Shown here one piece after another: positions 36,801-49,384 of a DNA stretch of 64,000 nt. The position numbers and the translations under genes are program-made. The first letter of the stretch is position 1. Each line of letters begins with the position of its first letter. Source of the DNA: Laetmonice hystrix (lineage: Eukaryota); assembly GCA_965235115.1 (NCBI GenBank), contig OZ249436.1, forward strand, positions 48,796,001 through 48,860,000, given 5' to 3'. The notes under the pieces were generated by a model. It was not told the DNA's origin and did no database searches. It saw nothing but the letters and a program-made list of their open reading frames with translations.

Positions 36801-39800
36801 TTATCGCCTTGGCGACGGCCTACTTTACCAGCAGTTAACTATATCGTTAATAACGATGTTTAGTAAGACGGGGCCCAGCACTATAATATAAAGAAGGATA
36901 ACGATATGGTTTGTTCTAAGTCTCTTGTGACCCATTATTGCAAGATATTAGCAGCTACAGTTTCAAGGTCTTAAGAGCAATTCATTAATGACCTTTTATG
37001 ACATTGTTAAAGTAAATGAATAAAGATTCTAGTGTCTGTTAACTCTTCAAACAGTTTAACACTTAATCAATACTTGCTTTACACTTACAGCAACCACTGA
37101 GACACGTCGGATTCTCACCAGGTCAAGAACTGGGTCATTGACCCCAAAACTTTTTTCTGACTCTGTGGTGTCAACCACTGGCAGCTTTAAAATGATCAGC
37201 AAAAGTGCAACCGATGACTCTGTACTTGTTATCAACAAGGATGGAGACATCACATCTATTCAGAAGAACAAGACTGTATCAGTGTTTACACAGAAATATT
37301 TCAAACTCGGTAAGTGACTGTATCAGTGTTTACACAGAAATATTTCAAACTCGGTAAGTGACTGTATCAGTGTTTACACAGAAATATTTCAAACTCGGTA
37401 AGTGACTGTATCAGTGTTTACACAGAAATATTTCAAACTCGGTAAGTGACTGTATCAGTGTTTACACAGAAATATTTCAAACTCGGTAAGTGACTGTATC
37501 AGTGTTTACACAGAAATATTTCAAACTCGGTAAGTGACTGTATCAGTGTTTACACAGAAATATTTCAAACTCGGTAAGTGACTGTATCAGTGTTTACACA
37601 GAAATATTTCAAACTCGGTAAGTGTTCCTAACAACCATCTTTTCTTTGAGATTTTAGTGAATAATAATTTCGGTGTTTTGGAAAACCTTACTAGAGTGAA
37701 CGGAAGTAAATCTGATAAAACTGCTGAGGGAGCAGTAGGTTTGTGAAGCTAGAAAACATGACTGTTTTAGCAGAAGTGGATTGGTGTATGTTATAATGAG
37801 GATAGTGATACCATCTTTGATTGTGTAGGTATGGAGTCGACCTACAAACAATGGGTAAACCAGTACTCCACCAATACTCTGGCTCTCAACAAGCACCAGC
37901 ACAATGAGGACCGTGACCGGCGGCGGTTCCTCAGCCACAAGTTCAGTCTTACACCTCTCTCTGACTTCAAGTGGAACGGCTCTGTGTATGGAAACAGGGC
38001 CCAGACAGTGCAGACTCTGCGTATGACCATATCCCAACTGGAGAATGCTATTCCTTCTCCGTTCCTGCATCCGAACTGGCCCATGCACCGAACCAACTGG
38101 TTGAAGGCTGTCAACATGTGCCAGAGTCCCGGAGATTTCTCACTCGCCCTGGCCATCCTGGAGGCTTGCATCAAGCCTCTTCTTTTTAACCCAGTATGGA
38201 ATGAGGCTCTAGGTAGGACAACTGTTTTTATTTTTGCCAGAATTGTCTCTGTGATGAAGAAATTGAGAAAGTTCCATATGATTGTCTTTCTTCAGCCTTG
38301 AGGAATTAGTGCTATAATATATTCTATTATCAGCTTCCAAATGTCAGTTAGCATCTCAACCTATATATATTGAGATTTAGGAGTTGATATTCTGTGGTTG
38401 TTTGCCTTAGGAAAAGTCAGCGCAGGCCAATATGTAGACCAGAATTCGGCAGCACCAAGGGAGCTTTGTATGTGTTGGGTTTACTTAAATTAATCATTAA
38501 TTTTTCCTCAGGACATGTACGGATGCAGCGAATCACAGCTGGAGACCGAGAAGAGATGAAGAAAAGAGAGAAGGAGGCAAGAAGGCAGCAGGATACAGAG
38601 GAGGAACGAGAGAGGGCAACATGGATCAAGTACACTCTTGGGCTTAAACATCAGGTTAGCAGGAACTCTGGAATACTTCAATTAATTACTTACATGTATA
38701 CCAATGAGTTGAATGGGATAATACATTGGTCAGGTTTTAAAATAGGGCTCTGTATTTAATTTGATGTTAACCTTTTGTTGTATTACAATCTGACATGGTC
38801 ACTTGACCCTTTAAAATCCACAAAAACCTTAATTACAGTGAATTCTGTTTTTATAGCTTTGAAATTTTGAAAAATGTTCACAGTACTTATTGAAATGTTG
38901 CCCTAAAATTAGAAAGCTATAGTGAATATTCTGTTTTGGCAGGTTTACAAGCAGAAGGGGGAGGAGTATCGTGTGCATGGTAACGGGGGTTGGCTGTGGT
39001 TGAATGCTGTACGCACCTACCGGTATGTCCCCCAAATTACAGTCGGTCTGCGAAAGATTGCAGAGAAAATTAATGTTGCCAGACGGAGAAAGGCTGAAAG
39101 ACTGAAAGAAAGTAAGATGGAAGATGATGTTGCAACAGATGGTGAAAAGATGGAAGTTGATGGTGAACAAAGCGAAGAAAAGAGAACTGAAGATGAGAAG
39201 AAGGATGAGGAGGAACCAATGGAGGAAAATGACAGCAAAGAGAACCAACAGACTGACGATGGTAACAACACATCTGACGGGATGGCAGAAGAAAAGAAAG
39301 ACACGGAAGTAGCAGCCTTACCAGACAAGAAGCCTGAACCAGCCATAATTAAGGTACCAAAAAATAAGGTTGCTGAAGAGAAAGAAGATGCTGAGATCCA
39401 AGCAGCCGTCACTATGCTGGATGCAGTGCCAGAAACTGCATTGATTGATGTATCAGAGGGACTGCTCAAGCGCACACACTACCCCAAATTGAACAAGCCA
39501 AGTGCCAAAATGGATGCTTTGCTTGAACGACGCATCAAACAATTTGAGCTAGAGCAGAAGCAAAAGCTAGCTATTGAAGCAGTCATCAGCAAGTACAAAC
39601 AACAAGAAGAGAACAGACGTAAACTGACCACACCAGCATCGGCAGCCAAAGCAGAGGACCAAGACGTGGATGTTGTAAGTGTCAAGCCTGAAGAGAAAAC
39701 AGATATTCTACAAAATGGAGACATCCAAGAGGAGGAAGCAGAGGAAAAATTGGCTAAACAAGAGCAACAAACGAGAAAGCTGACAAACAATTATGACTGC

Positions 39801-42800
39801 TACTCAGCAGTGTGTCGAAACAGCAACAAAACTAACTCGTGGTGCTACTCAGTTACTTGTGTTAAAAGTCAGTCATTGAAATCTCAGAATGTGCAAAGTA
39901 AAGGATCTGATGTGGTACCAGTTAAAATAGAAAAAGGTGCCAATGGAACAGAGGCAGTGGTCTGCAACGTAAATGGGGAAGTCCTTGATGGGGAGGTAAA
40001 GAAAGAGAAAATGGACACTGATGAATCTAAACCAGTTGCTGAGAGTTCAGATACAGGAGGATTAGAAAGTGCACACTCATTCCAGAATTCACATTCATCA
40101 TTCCTACAGAAGGAAACGTCTTCCGCCACCACAGTTACAACCAACAGTAAGTCTGAGGCCCACACCAGTGTTAGCAGTGTGGTGACCGAGACACAAACTA
40201 AATCTACCACTAATAGTAATAAGGCAGTCGTATCATCGACAACTGCTTCATCATCTTCATCAACATCCACAGTGTCTTCTGCCTCTAGTAGCAGCAGCAG
40301 TAGCAGCACAACCACAAACTCGACCACAACTACCACTTCTGCATCTAAAACCACTACTGTCACCACCCTTGCAAACACAGCCGTCGGTCAGACGATAGCC
40401 TCCCTCATCCAAGGCGGCAGAATTCAGTTGACTGCTGCCAATGTCGCCGACCTAGAGAGTAAACTAGCACAGGTTGGGAAGAGTACCTACAAAGTCTCTT
40501 TAGCCAAGATGAATCGGGCTAGTCGTAACAAAGGTCGGCCAGGATTTAAAAAAGGAAGCTTACCTGTGTGCCAGAAGTTCCAGACTCGCAACCAGAAGCG
40601 CAGCATATTTGTTCTTGAGAAGTATTGCCTGAAGAGCCTAGCGAGAAAGGCAGGTATCAAAGAGGCTCAAGGTTTTAACTACAACTGCAAAATGAACAAT
40701 GTCAGCTGGATCTATCCTTGTCCTCGTCCCGTGTTCAAAAGCACATGGCGTTATCGCACACAAAACATCAAAACTCTGGGCATGGCGGCATTGCAGCTGC
40801 GGATCCTCTGGGGGTGCATACGATGGGATGACATGTCAGTCAAACCTCCAGCTGGTGGTACAAACACTGTCACTACAGACACTGACATCACAACCAAGGA
40901 ACTGTTGAAAAGGAGAGATATTGGACCATATGGGCAAAGATCAGAATTTCTGGTTCGCAAAATTTTAGTGCCAATCGGAGTACCGTCACAACCTCGAGGT
41001 AAGAACTCGCAAACTAATTACAATAATTATTACACAAGATATTTGGCTGGAGACAAAGTTGGAATTTCCCGGAATGAGAATCTTTCTGTGGATTTCCACG
41101 TTTTTTCCTCCTTCAAAACATTATGACATCATATAATTATCATATAATATCATGACGTTTCCGCGTTTTTTGTTGTTATCCAATCTCATCCCTGATTATG
41201 CTACTCCTAGAAACTCTTGGTATTGTAGAGCCCTGAATATTGTATCAGAGTGCAGTTAAAATAAGAAGGTTGCTTAGATGCCATGGCCCAAGCCTTGTAC
41301 ATTTAGATTGGTAACATATATTGATTGATTTTGGTTTTACAGAAAAATACACTCCACAGCGGAGTGGCCTCCGTGAAAGAAAACGGCCTGAGTCTCCAAA
41401 GGTGAAGGAACCAAGTGTCACAGAGGAGTGGGTCCCTGAGGAGGAGCTTGAACTCTGGGAGGTCAGGCTGTTCGGGGAAAAGTAAGCCACACTTTATTTT
41501 AATGACCATTTCCCCCACATTTTAGACAGGACTTGGATTCAGTGTTGCCCCTTAATATTGTTTTATTGTGGTATTTAAAGATTGTTTTTAGCAATATTCA
41601 AATTTAAAATATGAGAATTGGTAAGATGAGAGAAACCCAAGGATTGACATTGTTTTTTCATCACAGAGTTGAAAAGCAACGTGCAGCTTTACAAGAGAAA
41701 TTAACGGCAGCTCAGACAGCTAGTGGTGCAACCACCATTGTCAGCGCTGCAGGCACAAAGTCAACTGAGCAGCTGAAGGCGCAGATGGAAGCTCAGCTCA
41801 AACAGCAGCGACTGGCCATGCAACAAAAGCGGCTCGCAGAGCAACAGCAATCACAGTCCCAGAGCCAGCCGCAGGTTACGAGGACCGTGATCGCTTCATC
41901 AGCCAGCACCGAGACTGCGAAACCAACTACAGTCATTCAGTTGTCTTCAATGCAGCCGCAACCAAAAACTATGCTCATCACATCGGGAGCCAGTAAGACA
42001 CCGGTAAGTCAAGGTCGACGAAAGTCACATAACATAGCCCTGTCCAACACAGTTATTAAATTTAGGAATACTGTACGAGGAAAGAATTTTATGAAGGTAT
42101 TTGTTTTACTAACTGGAGAATCTTACCATCAAATATCGAATATCATTGTATGAAAACCCCAAGTATTGTAAAATTGGTGTAAATGGTAAATTTGGTGTAA
42201 ATTGTAAATTTAGTGTAAATTGTAAATTTGGTGTAAATTGTAAATTTGAATAAATCTCTGATGCCATTCACTAAGAGAATGTATCAAATGTAATGTTTTG
42301 GTCCATGTTTTCCTCCCACCCAGCTTCAGCCAATGCGTGTAATAACCACCACTACCCCTGGTGTGTCAGCGGGAAACTTGTCTACGGTCAAGGTAACACC
42401 AATCAAACCTGCCGCAGCTCTCACACAGCAAACCAAGATACAGATCTCGCCAAAAACCATACTCACAGGTTTGTAACTATACCCGCTCTCTTGGGAATAT
42501 AGAGGGATAGGTGTAGCATTTTCTTTTTTGTCTGTGATTGGTTACTTTACAAGTTTACTGTACTGTATAAGAATGGCATGGTGACTCAAATAGAGTCCAA
42601 ACCAGGGTGTTGGCGTCTTTACTAAAAGACAGGTCCCAGGTTTTACTGTCGTTAGCATGAGACTTACACTTGGAAGAACTTGGCAGCAAGTACTTTGTGT
42701 AATTGCAGGAACAGGTGGACGCTATGGCGGACAGATTCAGCTGCCAGCCACAACGATCACTGTCCGTCCTAAGGTGACGGCCACTGTGGCCTCAGTGGCA

Positions 42801-45800
42801 ACCCCAGGAATCACCTCAGTACGGCCAATCGTTCCCGGCGGCACACCAACACAAACTGTCCGCCTTTCCGGATCTACTGTACAGGTGCGCACTCCGGTGG
42901 CCACCAATACGAGCACCACTCCAGCACCTGCAACCTCCTCGTCCCAGGTTCAAAACCTTCGTATCATTCAAGGACCCAATGGACAAATCCAGGTTCAGGG
43001 TCTGTTACCAGGTAAGAATCTTACGTTTGATAACATTAGACTCGTGTTAAAAGTTAAATGATTAAATAATATCAGAGTCTCACTGTCAGTGTATTATATT
43101 GTTTGATTTTGTGTGACAAGGGATGCTGATATGTCTCTTTCAGGCCAGCAGATCATTCGTCTGCCTGATGGTCGACTCCAGCTTCTTACGTTACCAACCA
43201 CCCAAGTCCAGCAGCCCCAGCAGATAACGCAGCAACCAGTCCAGGCTCAACTCCAGGCTCCACCTCAGCCTCAGATCCAGGCCCAGCCTCAGATCCAGGC
43301 CCAGCCTCAGATCCAGGCCCAGCCTCAGATTCAGGCACAGCCTCAGATCCAGGCCCAGCCTCAGATTCAGGCACAGCCTCAGATCCAGGTTCAGCCTCAA
43401 ATCCAGGCCCAGCCCCAGCTCAGAGTTGGAACTGCCCAAGTATCGGCAACTGGAGCTGCACAGAAAACCATTCAGCTTGTGCAGACCCCCATGCAGCTCC
43501 GACCCCAGATGGCCGTGGTGTCGTCCCCGGGAGCAACGCTGGCCCTGGCTGCACCAACCCTGTCTGCAGCTTCATCTGCTCCAACCATCATTGTATCTAG
43601 TGGAATGGCCACAGCAACGAATGCAATCAGTGCTGCCCCCAGTACGTCACTGCGCCTACCGACCTCCTCCATGGCAGGGGCTCCTAAGTTGGTCCAAGTG
43701 CCCGGAGTAGGTGGTACGACCCGCCTGGTACTGGCCTCACCCCATGTTGCAGCTGGACAACCAACCATTGTTAGGACCCCACTTGGACAGCAGGTCATTT
43801 TAAGGTATGGCATATAATGGCATGTTTCATTTCAGTAGACTGTAATGGTGAATGGCTGTAACCTCCCAAAGTCCCCTCAGTTGCAAACACTGTTTTTGGT
43901 GAATTAACTTTTACACCTGCTTGGCGACTGGCTTCACAACTCAGATGGAGCGGTTACTGATTGGCGACTGCTGTCGTTAAAATCAAACCTCAGAGACAGA
44001 GTGCACAGAGTTACGAACCAGTTGCCAGTTGCTGGGAAAGATGGGTTGGCAACTGGAGACTAGAGAAGCAAACCAGTTGTGATCCAGTTGCCACCAGTGG
44101 ATCAAGGGTATAAGGTGCATTATTACTACTATAAGTTAGAAGTCAATACATTTGTTAAATTTTGCTTTATTTATATAATCATATGTATGCTTTAACAGGC
44201 TTCCATCAATTTTGAATTTCAGACCTCAGATTGCAGTTAGTCAGCCCACCGCAATAGGAGCAGCAGCAGTCGGTACGACCCTAAGCACCCCGTCAGCACC
44301 CATGGTAGTTGCTACCCCCACAGCCGCCACAGCCACTGCCCGACAGGTGGTTACGACAACTGCCCCTCCCGTCACGACCACCCTCCCTGCTGTAACATCA
44401 CCAGTTGGCACAATCCTTCCAGGCGCAGCCGCTGGCAGCAAGTACACCCTTACACCTCAAGTAGTCCAGCAGGGTAGGTAGCTCCTTTCAAACCATCAGT
44501 CCTGTCCTCAGAGAACAACATAAGTTGGCCTATGAAACTGATAGGCTGGAAAATTATTATTATACACTGACAAGGGTTAATATTGGTTAATGTTTACACT
44601 ATGTGCCTAAAGATGATGCCTTATATTTATATTGTACATTTTCAGTCGTGCGACAAGCTATGCTACAGAATTCTGATCCAGAAATCCAGGCTAAGCTACA
44701 AGCCATGCAGAGACAGATGGCCACTAAGAAGGCCGATACACCAGTGAAAACTCCAGTGGTAGGAACTACTGGATCAGTCAGCCTGATATCAGGCACTGAG
44801 GCATCGAGACCCAAGCCAAAGGTCCTTACAGCTGAACAAAAAGAAGAACAAATCAGGTAATTGTTTATCCATCTCAACATAATTTTATACCTAGACTTGC
44901 TTCTATGTGAATCTCTAAGTTAACCTCTTGGGCCTTCACACTTGAGGAAGATCTGTAAAGTTAACGACAAAAGCATGTTGCTGCTGCCCATTGCTACCAT
45001 AGGGATTCCTATCACAGTGAGGCCGCACTAAGATCATCTAGGGAACTACAAACATTAATCTTACCTTCCAGGATGGGTGGATGTTTACAAGTGATGAAGA
45101 ATATGTTAGACAAGTTGGAGAGGGAGGAGAGACAGGAGCAGAAGCGGCAACGGAAGGCGGAGAGTGCAGAGGAGAGACAGAAACGGGTGGCAGCTGGAAA
45201 GTTACAGGCACTCCTCTTTAAACATAAAGAATCCCTCAAGAAAGACATGCTGAAAAAACGAGCCCTCATGGAGAAAGCCATCACCACAGATATTCAGGTG
45301 AGTTTAATAATTAATGTCTAGATCTAAGTGCTTAAGAGCTTCCTAATCTATTTTACAAACATTTCGAAGTGTGTGTTGAAGTCCCCCATGGATCCTTTAT
45401 ACATTATAAGTTTTGTTTTCAGTCGGAGGTTGCTGAGGCTTTGAAGTTACAGAGAAAGAAGACACCAAAGAAACGCAAGGAGGACCACAGGTTGACGTCT
45501 GGATCTGACACAGAGATGGAACCTCCGAAACCAAAGAAAAAGAAGCAAAAGTTAATCTCCACTGGACGAGCGTATAACCCTGCTGAGAAGTTGTACTGCG
45601 TCTGTAAGAAGCCCTATGACGACACCAAGTATGTATTTCATTGCAACAAACCTACCCCAAAGCTACTCTCCCTAAGTCCATAATCAAATGGTAACCCTCA
45701 TAAGAATTATCATGTAAAATGAACTCATAAACATAGACCATGACCTTGGCTGTTATCGCTTTGAAAACAACACACTCCTGTTGCAGTGTTAATGAAATAT

Positions 45801-48004
45801 CCATTAGTTACAATGGTTAATTTCAAGCCGTATCTAAGGGGGCAGCACAATTCACACATTTATGTCAAGGGCAAGAAAAAAAAGCACTGATGCACTGCTT
45901 CTGAAGGGGACGCATACCAGAAACCGGGAATTTTTTTTTTTGCCTTAGACTAATATTTGTTGATTGGCCTTGTAATTTTGTTGCAGGTTCTATATAGGGT
46001 GTGACCTCTGTTCCAACTGGTTCCATGGAGCATGCGTAAAGATAACAGAAGAACAAGCCCAGTTCATCGACACTTACATCTGCGACAACTGTAAAAAACA
46101 ACAAGAAACGGTGCAAGAAGAGCTGTATTGTCTCTGCCGGACACCATACAACGAAACACAGTAAGTGATAATCCATTTTGTCACAGTGAGTAATAGAGTA
46201 CACGTATTAACAATCCATCTCGTTTGACATTGGTCACTGTTATTGTAATGTATGGCATTTTGAAAGCCTTTGTCATCTCATATTGTCATCTCATATTTCA
46301 ATAATTAAATAATGTATTCATGGTTCCCACGGGTCCGGGATACCAGGAAAGTTTAGAAATTTTATATTGGGACCTCCTAGGCTGGGGAATTTTATAAATA
46401 TGTATAAAAGATTTATTTATATATTTATAAATATAAATTCTAGGTGTCTGATTCACAGTCAGGGTATCTTTCTTTAATCATCTTTGATAGCCCATGTACT
46501 GAGAAAAATGGAAGGCGTCTTGGAAAAAAATCATAAAGATCCAGGAAAAGTCCCGGGAATTTTGGAAAGCTGATAGCTGGGCAACCATTGTGATCTCTGA
46601 TTTGTATGAATTTACCCCAGTAGATGGTTTAAGTACTTAATATAACGGCTGTTCCCTGATGGTGGATAATTTGCTTTAGGTTTTACATCGGCTGCGATCA
46701 GTGCCAGGACTGGTTCCACGGAAGGTGTGTTGGTGTGAGCAAGGCAGAGGCTGACCACATGGACAGCTACATATGTCCCAACTGTCAAAACGCAAACAAT
46801 GACACTGCCACAGCAGAGCTACCCATCAGTGGACAGAACCACGAGGAGCTGCGCAGGATTCTAAAAAGTCTTCAGGTAGGCATAGGGGCTGAGATTAGAA
46901 CGTCAGTTAGTCTGGGGAATTCAAGACACCATTCTCCGACCACAACCAAAAATAAAATAATATAAACGCTTTAATTTTGTGGGTAATTTATTTTTCCAGT
47001 GTGTTACTTTTGGAAACTTCATTGACAGTTCCACATTAATTGTTGAAAGGTAGAGGGTCACACTGCTATTTAATTAATAAAAGCTTTGGAATTAAAAAAT
47101 ACACTTGTTGGCAGTTTGGGGAGGGAAATGGTAAAACTGATCTATTAATTTAGAAATCTATGACTATTAAAGTTGTGCTTTTTGTTGTTTCAGTGTCATA
47201 AAATGTCTTGGCCTTTCCTTGAAGCAGTGAATCCAAAAGATGTACCTGATTACTATAGAGTCATCAAAGAACCCATGGGTATGTACCGGTAGTTGTGGTT
47301 AGAGTGTACTTAAAGATTGGCACAAGCCCCCAAAAACACTAAGTTGAAGTTTGTATAGTACCTACAACTCTATCTAATTAAAATTAATTAGATCTCGGTT
47401 ATTTCGCATGCGCTCCATACTAATGGCATCCCATATGGGGTCACCTCAGGCTGGCCTTTGACCCAGATTCAAGTTTGACATTGAAAAGGCCTACACGCGC
47501 ACACCAAATATTTCGTAGACGGCTCTCTTGATTGGCTGAATCAAAAGGTGAACCTGAGGCGACAGTCGGACACCCAATTCGATGTCGTTAGCTCTAGGTA
47601 TGGAGTGTAGACACCACTGGCACAGCCAACAGACAGGCCGAATACCAAGATCTTATTTTAATTAGATAGAGTACCTACTATTATGGGAACCATTAGTTAA
47701 ACTGGACATTTTTCTAGCTAACACAAAGCCCTGTTTTGCCAACTACCGATGTCCTTGAGTTGTCTATTGCCACGACTAGAGCATAATTTTCTACGTCCTC
47801 TTTTATTTTGTAGACCTGGCTACTGTAGAAAAGAAACTAGTGAATGGTGGCTACCCAGTGTTGGGCGATTACATCAAGGATGTGACGAAGATCTTCGACA
47901 ACTGCCGCTACTACAATCCAACAGACTCACCATTCTACAAGTGTGCTGAAGTTCTAGAAACTTTCTTTGTACAGAAACTGAAGGCGTTGAAGGACAAACT
48001 GTAA
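30897..48004 (+). CDS. BPTF: Nucleosome-remodeling factor subunit BPTF/NURF301, about 2694 aa, 23 coding exons
   Basis: Exons 30897-31939, 34442-34562, 34835-34956, 35348-35553, 35759-35955, 36100-36568, 37091-37309, 37829-38212, 38512-38654, 38943-40998, 41343-41481, 41667-42003, 42324-42468, 42709-43011, 43144-43804, 44223-44473, 44646-44856, 45072-45297, 45423-45628, 45987-46160, 46680-46875, 47194-47278, 47814-48004, in phase. AT-hook [11 protein letters not shown] ([18 protein letters not shown]), PHD ([19 protein letters not shown]), [11 protein letters not shown], two C-terminal PHD fingers and a bromodomain (WPFLEAV..PDYY..IKEPMDL..NCRYYN). Confidence 0.95.
33416..33564. mobile_element. 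PIF/Harbinger-like MITE
   Basis: TIR GG(C/G)CCCGTCTTACTAAGCCGG; CAG flanks both ends. Confidence 0.7.
36608..36875. mobile_element. PIF/Harbinger-like MITE with the same terminal motif as 33416-33564
   Basis: GGGCCCGTCTTACTAAACATCGTTA...TAACGATGTTTAGTAAGACGGGGCC; CAG flanks both ends. Confidence 0.7.
37272..37623 (+). repeat. Perfect 8 x 44-bp tandem array spanning the BPTF exon 7 / intron 7 junction
   Basis: Unit GACTGTATCAGTGTTTACACAGAAATATTTCAAACTCG|GTAAGT starts at 37272, 37316, 37360, 37404, 37448, 37492, 37536 and 37580. Confidence 0.95.
43266..43409 (+). repeat. Coding 18-bp minisatellite, (QPQIQA)8, in BPTF exon 15
   Basis: CAGCCTCAGATCCAGGCC units with few substitutions. Confidence 0.9.
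47368..47672. mobile_element. MITE with about 9-bp TSD (Mutator-like) in the last BPTF intron
   Basis: TIR CTCTATCTAATTAAAAT..AGATCTCGGT / ACCAAGATCTTATTTTAATTAAGATAGAG; flanks TACCTACAA / TACCTACTA. Confidence 0.65.
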
Positions 48005-49384
48005 ATGCTATCCGCATTCACATCGCTCCCCCATTTGCCTTTTGTAGCAGATGAGATGTGTAGCATGTACAAGAGCTGTACATAAAGCTAATATCTATTT
48101 TTAAAGAGTACAAGAAGAGATTTTTCCATCATTGTATCCAAAAAAAGTAGCCCTTGTAAGTGTATTATTTATACGTTTACTGCCCGTTTATGTGCCAGAC
48201 GTGTCTATCATAGAGCTTAAATAGATTGTAAAGTAGATTTTTCTACCAGATTATTGTAAAATAACCACTCAGTGAAATTGTTTGGAAACCCTGAAAACTG
48301 CCATGACTGAGTTACTGTCTGTTTGTGTACAGTCTTCTTGTACAAGGACCTAGTCCTTTTAAGTGTCTGTACCTCATCCTGTCCTCGTGCTAACCCAATG
48401 CAACTATTTGTAGCAGTGATCATGAATAATCCCACAGATATGCAGTCAGACGCAAGGTAATGAGGCTTTGACACCAACCATTTAGATTGGGCCAACACTT
48501 TGTGGGGTGAAAAGCACGTAAATACCGAAACACATCAACATCGAGGAAAAAAATGCAAAAAAGGAGACAAAAATCAAATATGGCAGGTTTTAAGATAAAT
48601 AATTGCACTTAAGTCTTTCTTGGAAAGTTCTTGTGCATGCAGTGCCATTTTTTGAAGCGCTTGTCAGAGAATACAGACCAAATATCCGTTAAGTTGTTAA
48701 GGACTTTGCCTTCCATTTAATGGGGCTTACCGTTACTGATGGGAACTTGAACGGTCAGATTTATCAGGGTACAAACTTTGAATCTGACAAATGACTTGAG
48801 TATGTTGAAATTGCATTGGGCATTTGTAATGATTAAGAATGAGACCCTCTAGTCGAATACTGTTCGGAGTATAAGTTGGCCCTATGAATTTTGGCTAATG
48901 CATGCTGTTGCTGACTCTCACATCCCGTCAGGGAAGCAGGCACGAGTGCACATCATCTGTTAACATTGGAAGTCTATTTTCTGAGTGTTTTAATAGTTGG
49001 TCAGTCCAGCTGTAATTTGGGTCTGTCTTTTTTGAATGAGACTCAGAAAGTGATCCAAAATTTATGAATTGGTTGTTTTATGATTATACTACTTTGTAGA
49101 ATGATAATAAAATGCCTACTGGTATATGAAATAAGTGTGTTGTCCTAATTGTGGTGTAGATCTGAAATATCGGATATTAGCTTGGCTGTCGAGATCGCCA
49201 AAAACTGGAGTCTTCATTTGACCAGTACCCCGCAGTAAAGAAATTCATTTAAAGTGGACATATTGAAACCTGAAACCTGTATATCACTTTAGAACATCTA
49301 TATAGACTGGAATGTAAACTGTTTAAAAGTCGCACACAGTGTAGGCCATATCCAACCTTTATTTTACAGTTGTAGGTTGTCATT

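Noticed and set aside
37272..37623. CRISPR-like array
   Set aside because: Units are contiguous and identical with no unique spacers, there are no cas genes, and the context is a eukaryotic exon/intron boundary.
39017..40378. Long minus-strand ORFs opposite BPTF exon 10 (likewise exons 6 and 15)
   Set aside because: Shadow ORFs of low-complexity coding sequence.
42160..42250. Short intronic tandem repeats (18-bp here; about 22-bp at 19375-19465)
   Set aside because: Degenerate AT-rich minisatellites away from splice sites, with nothing suggesting function.
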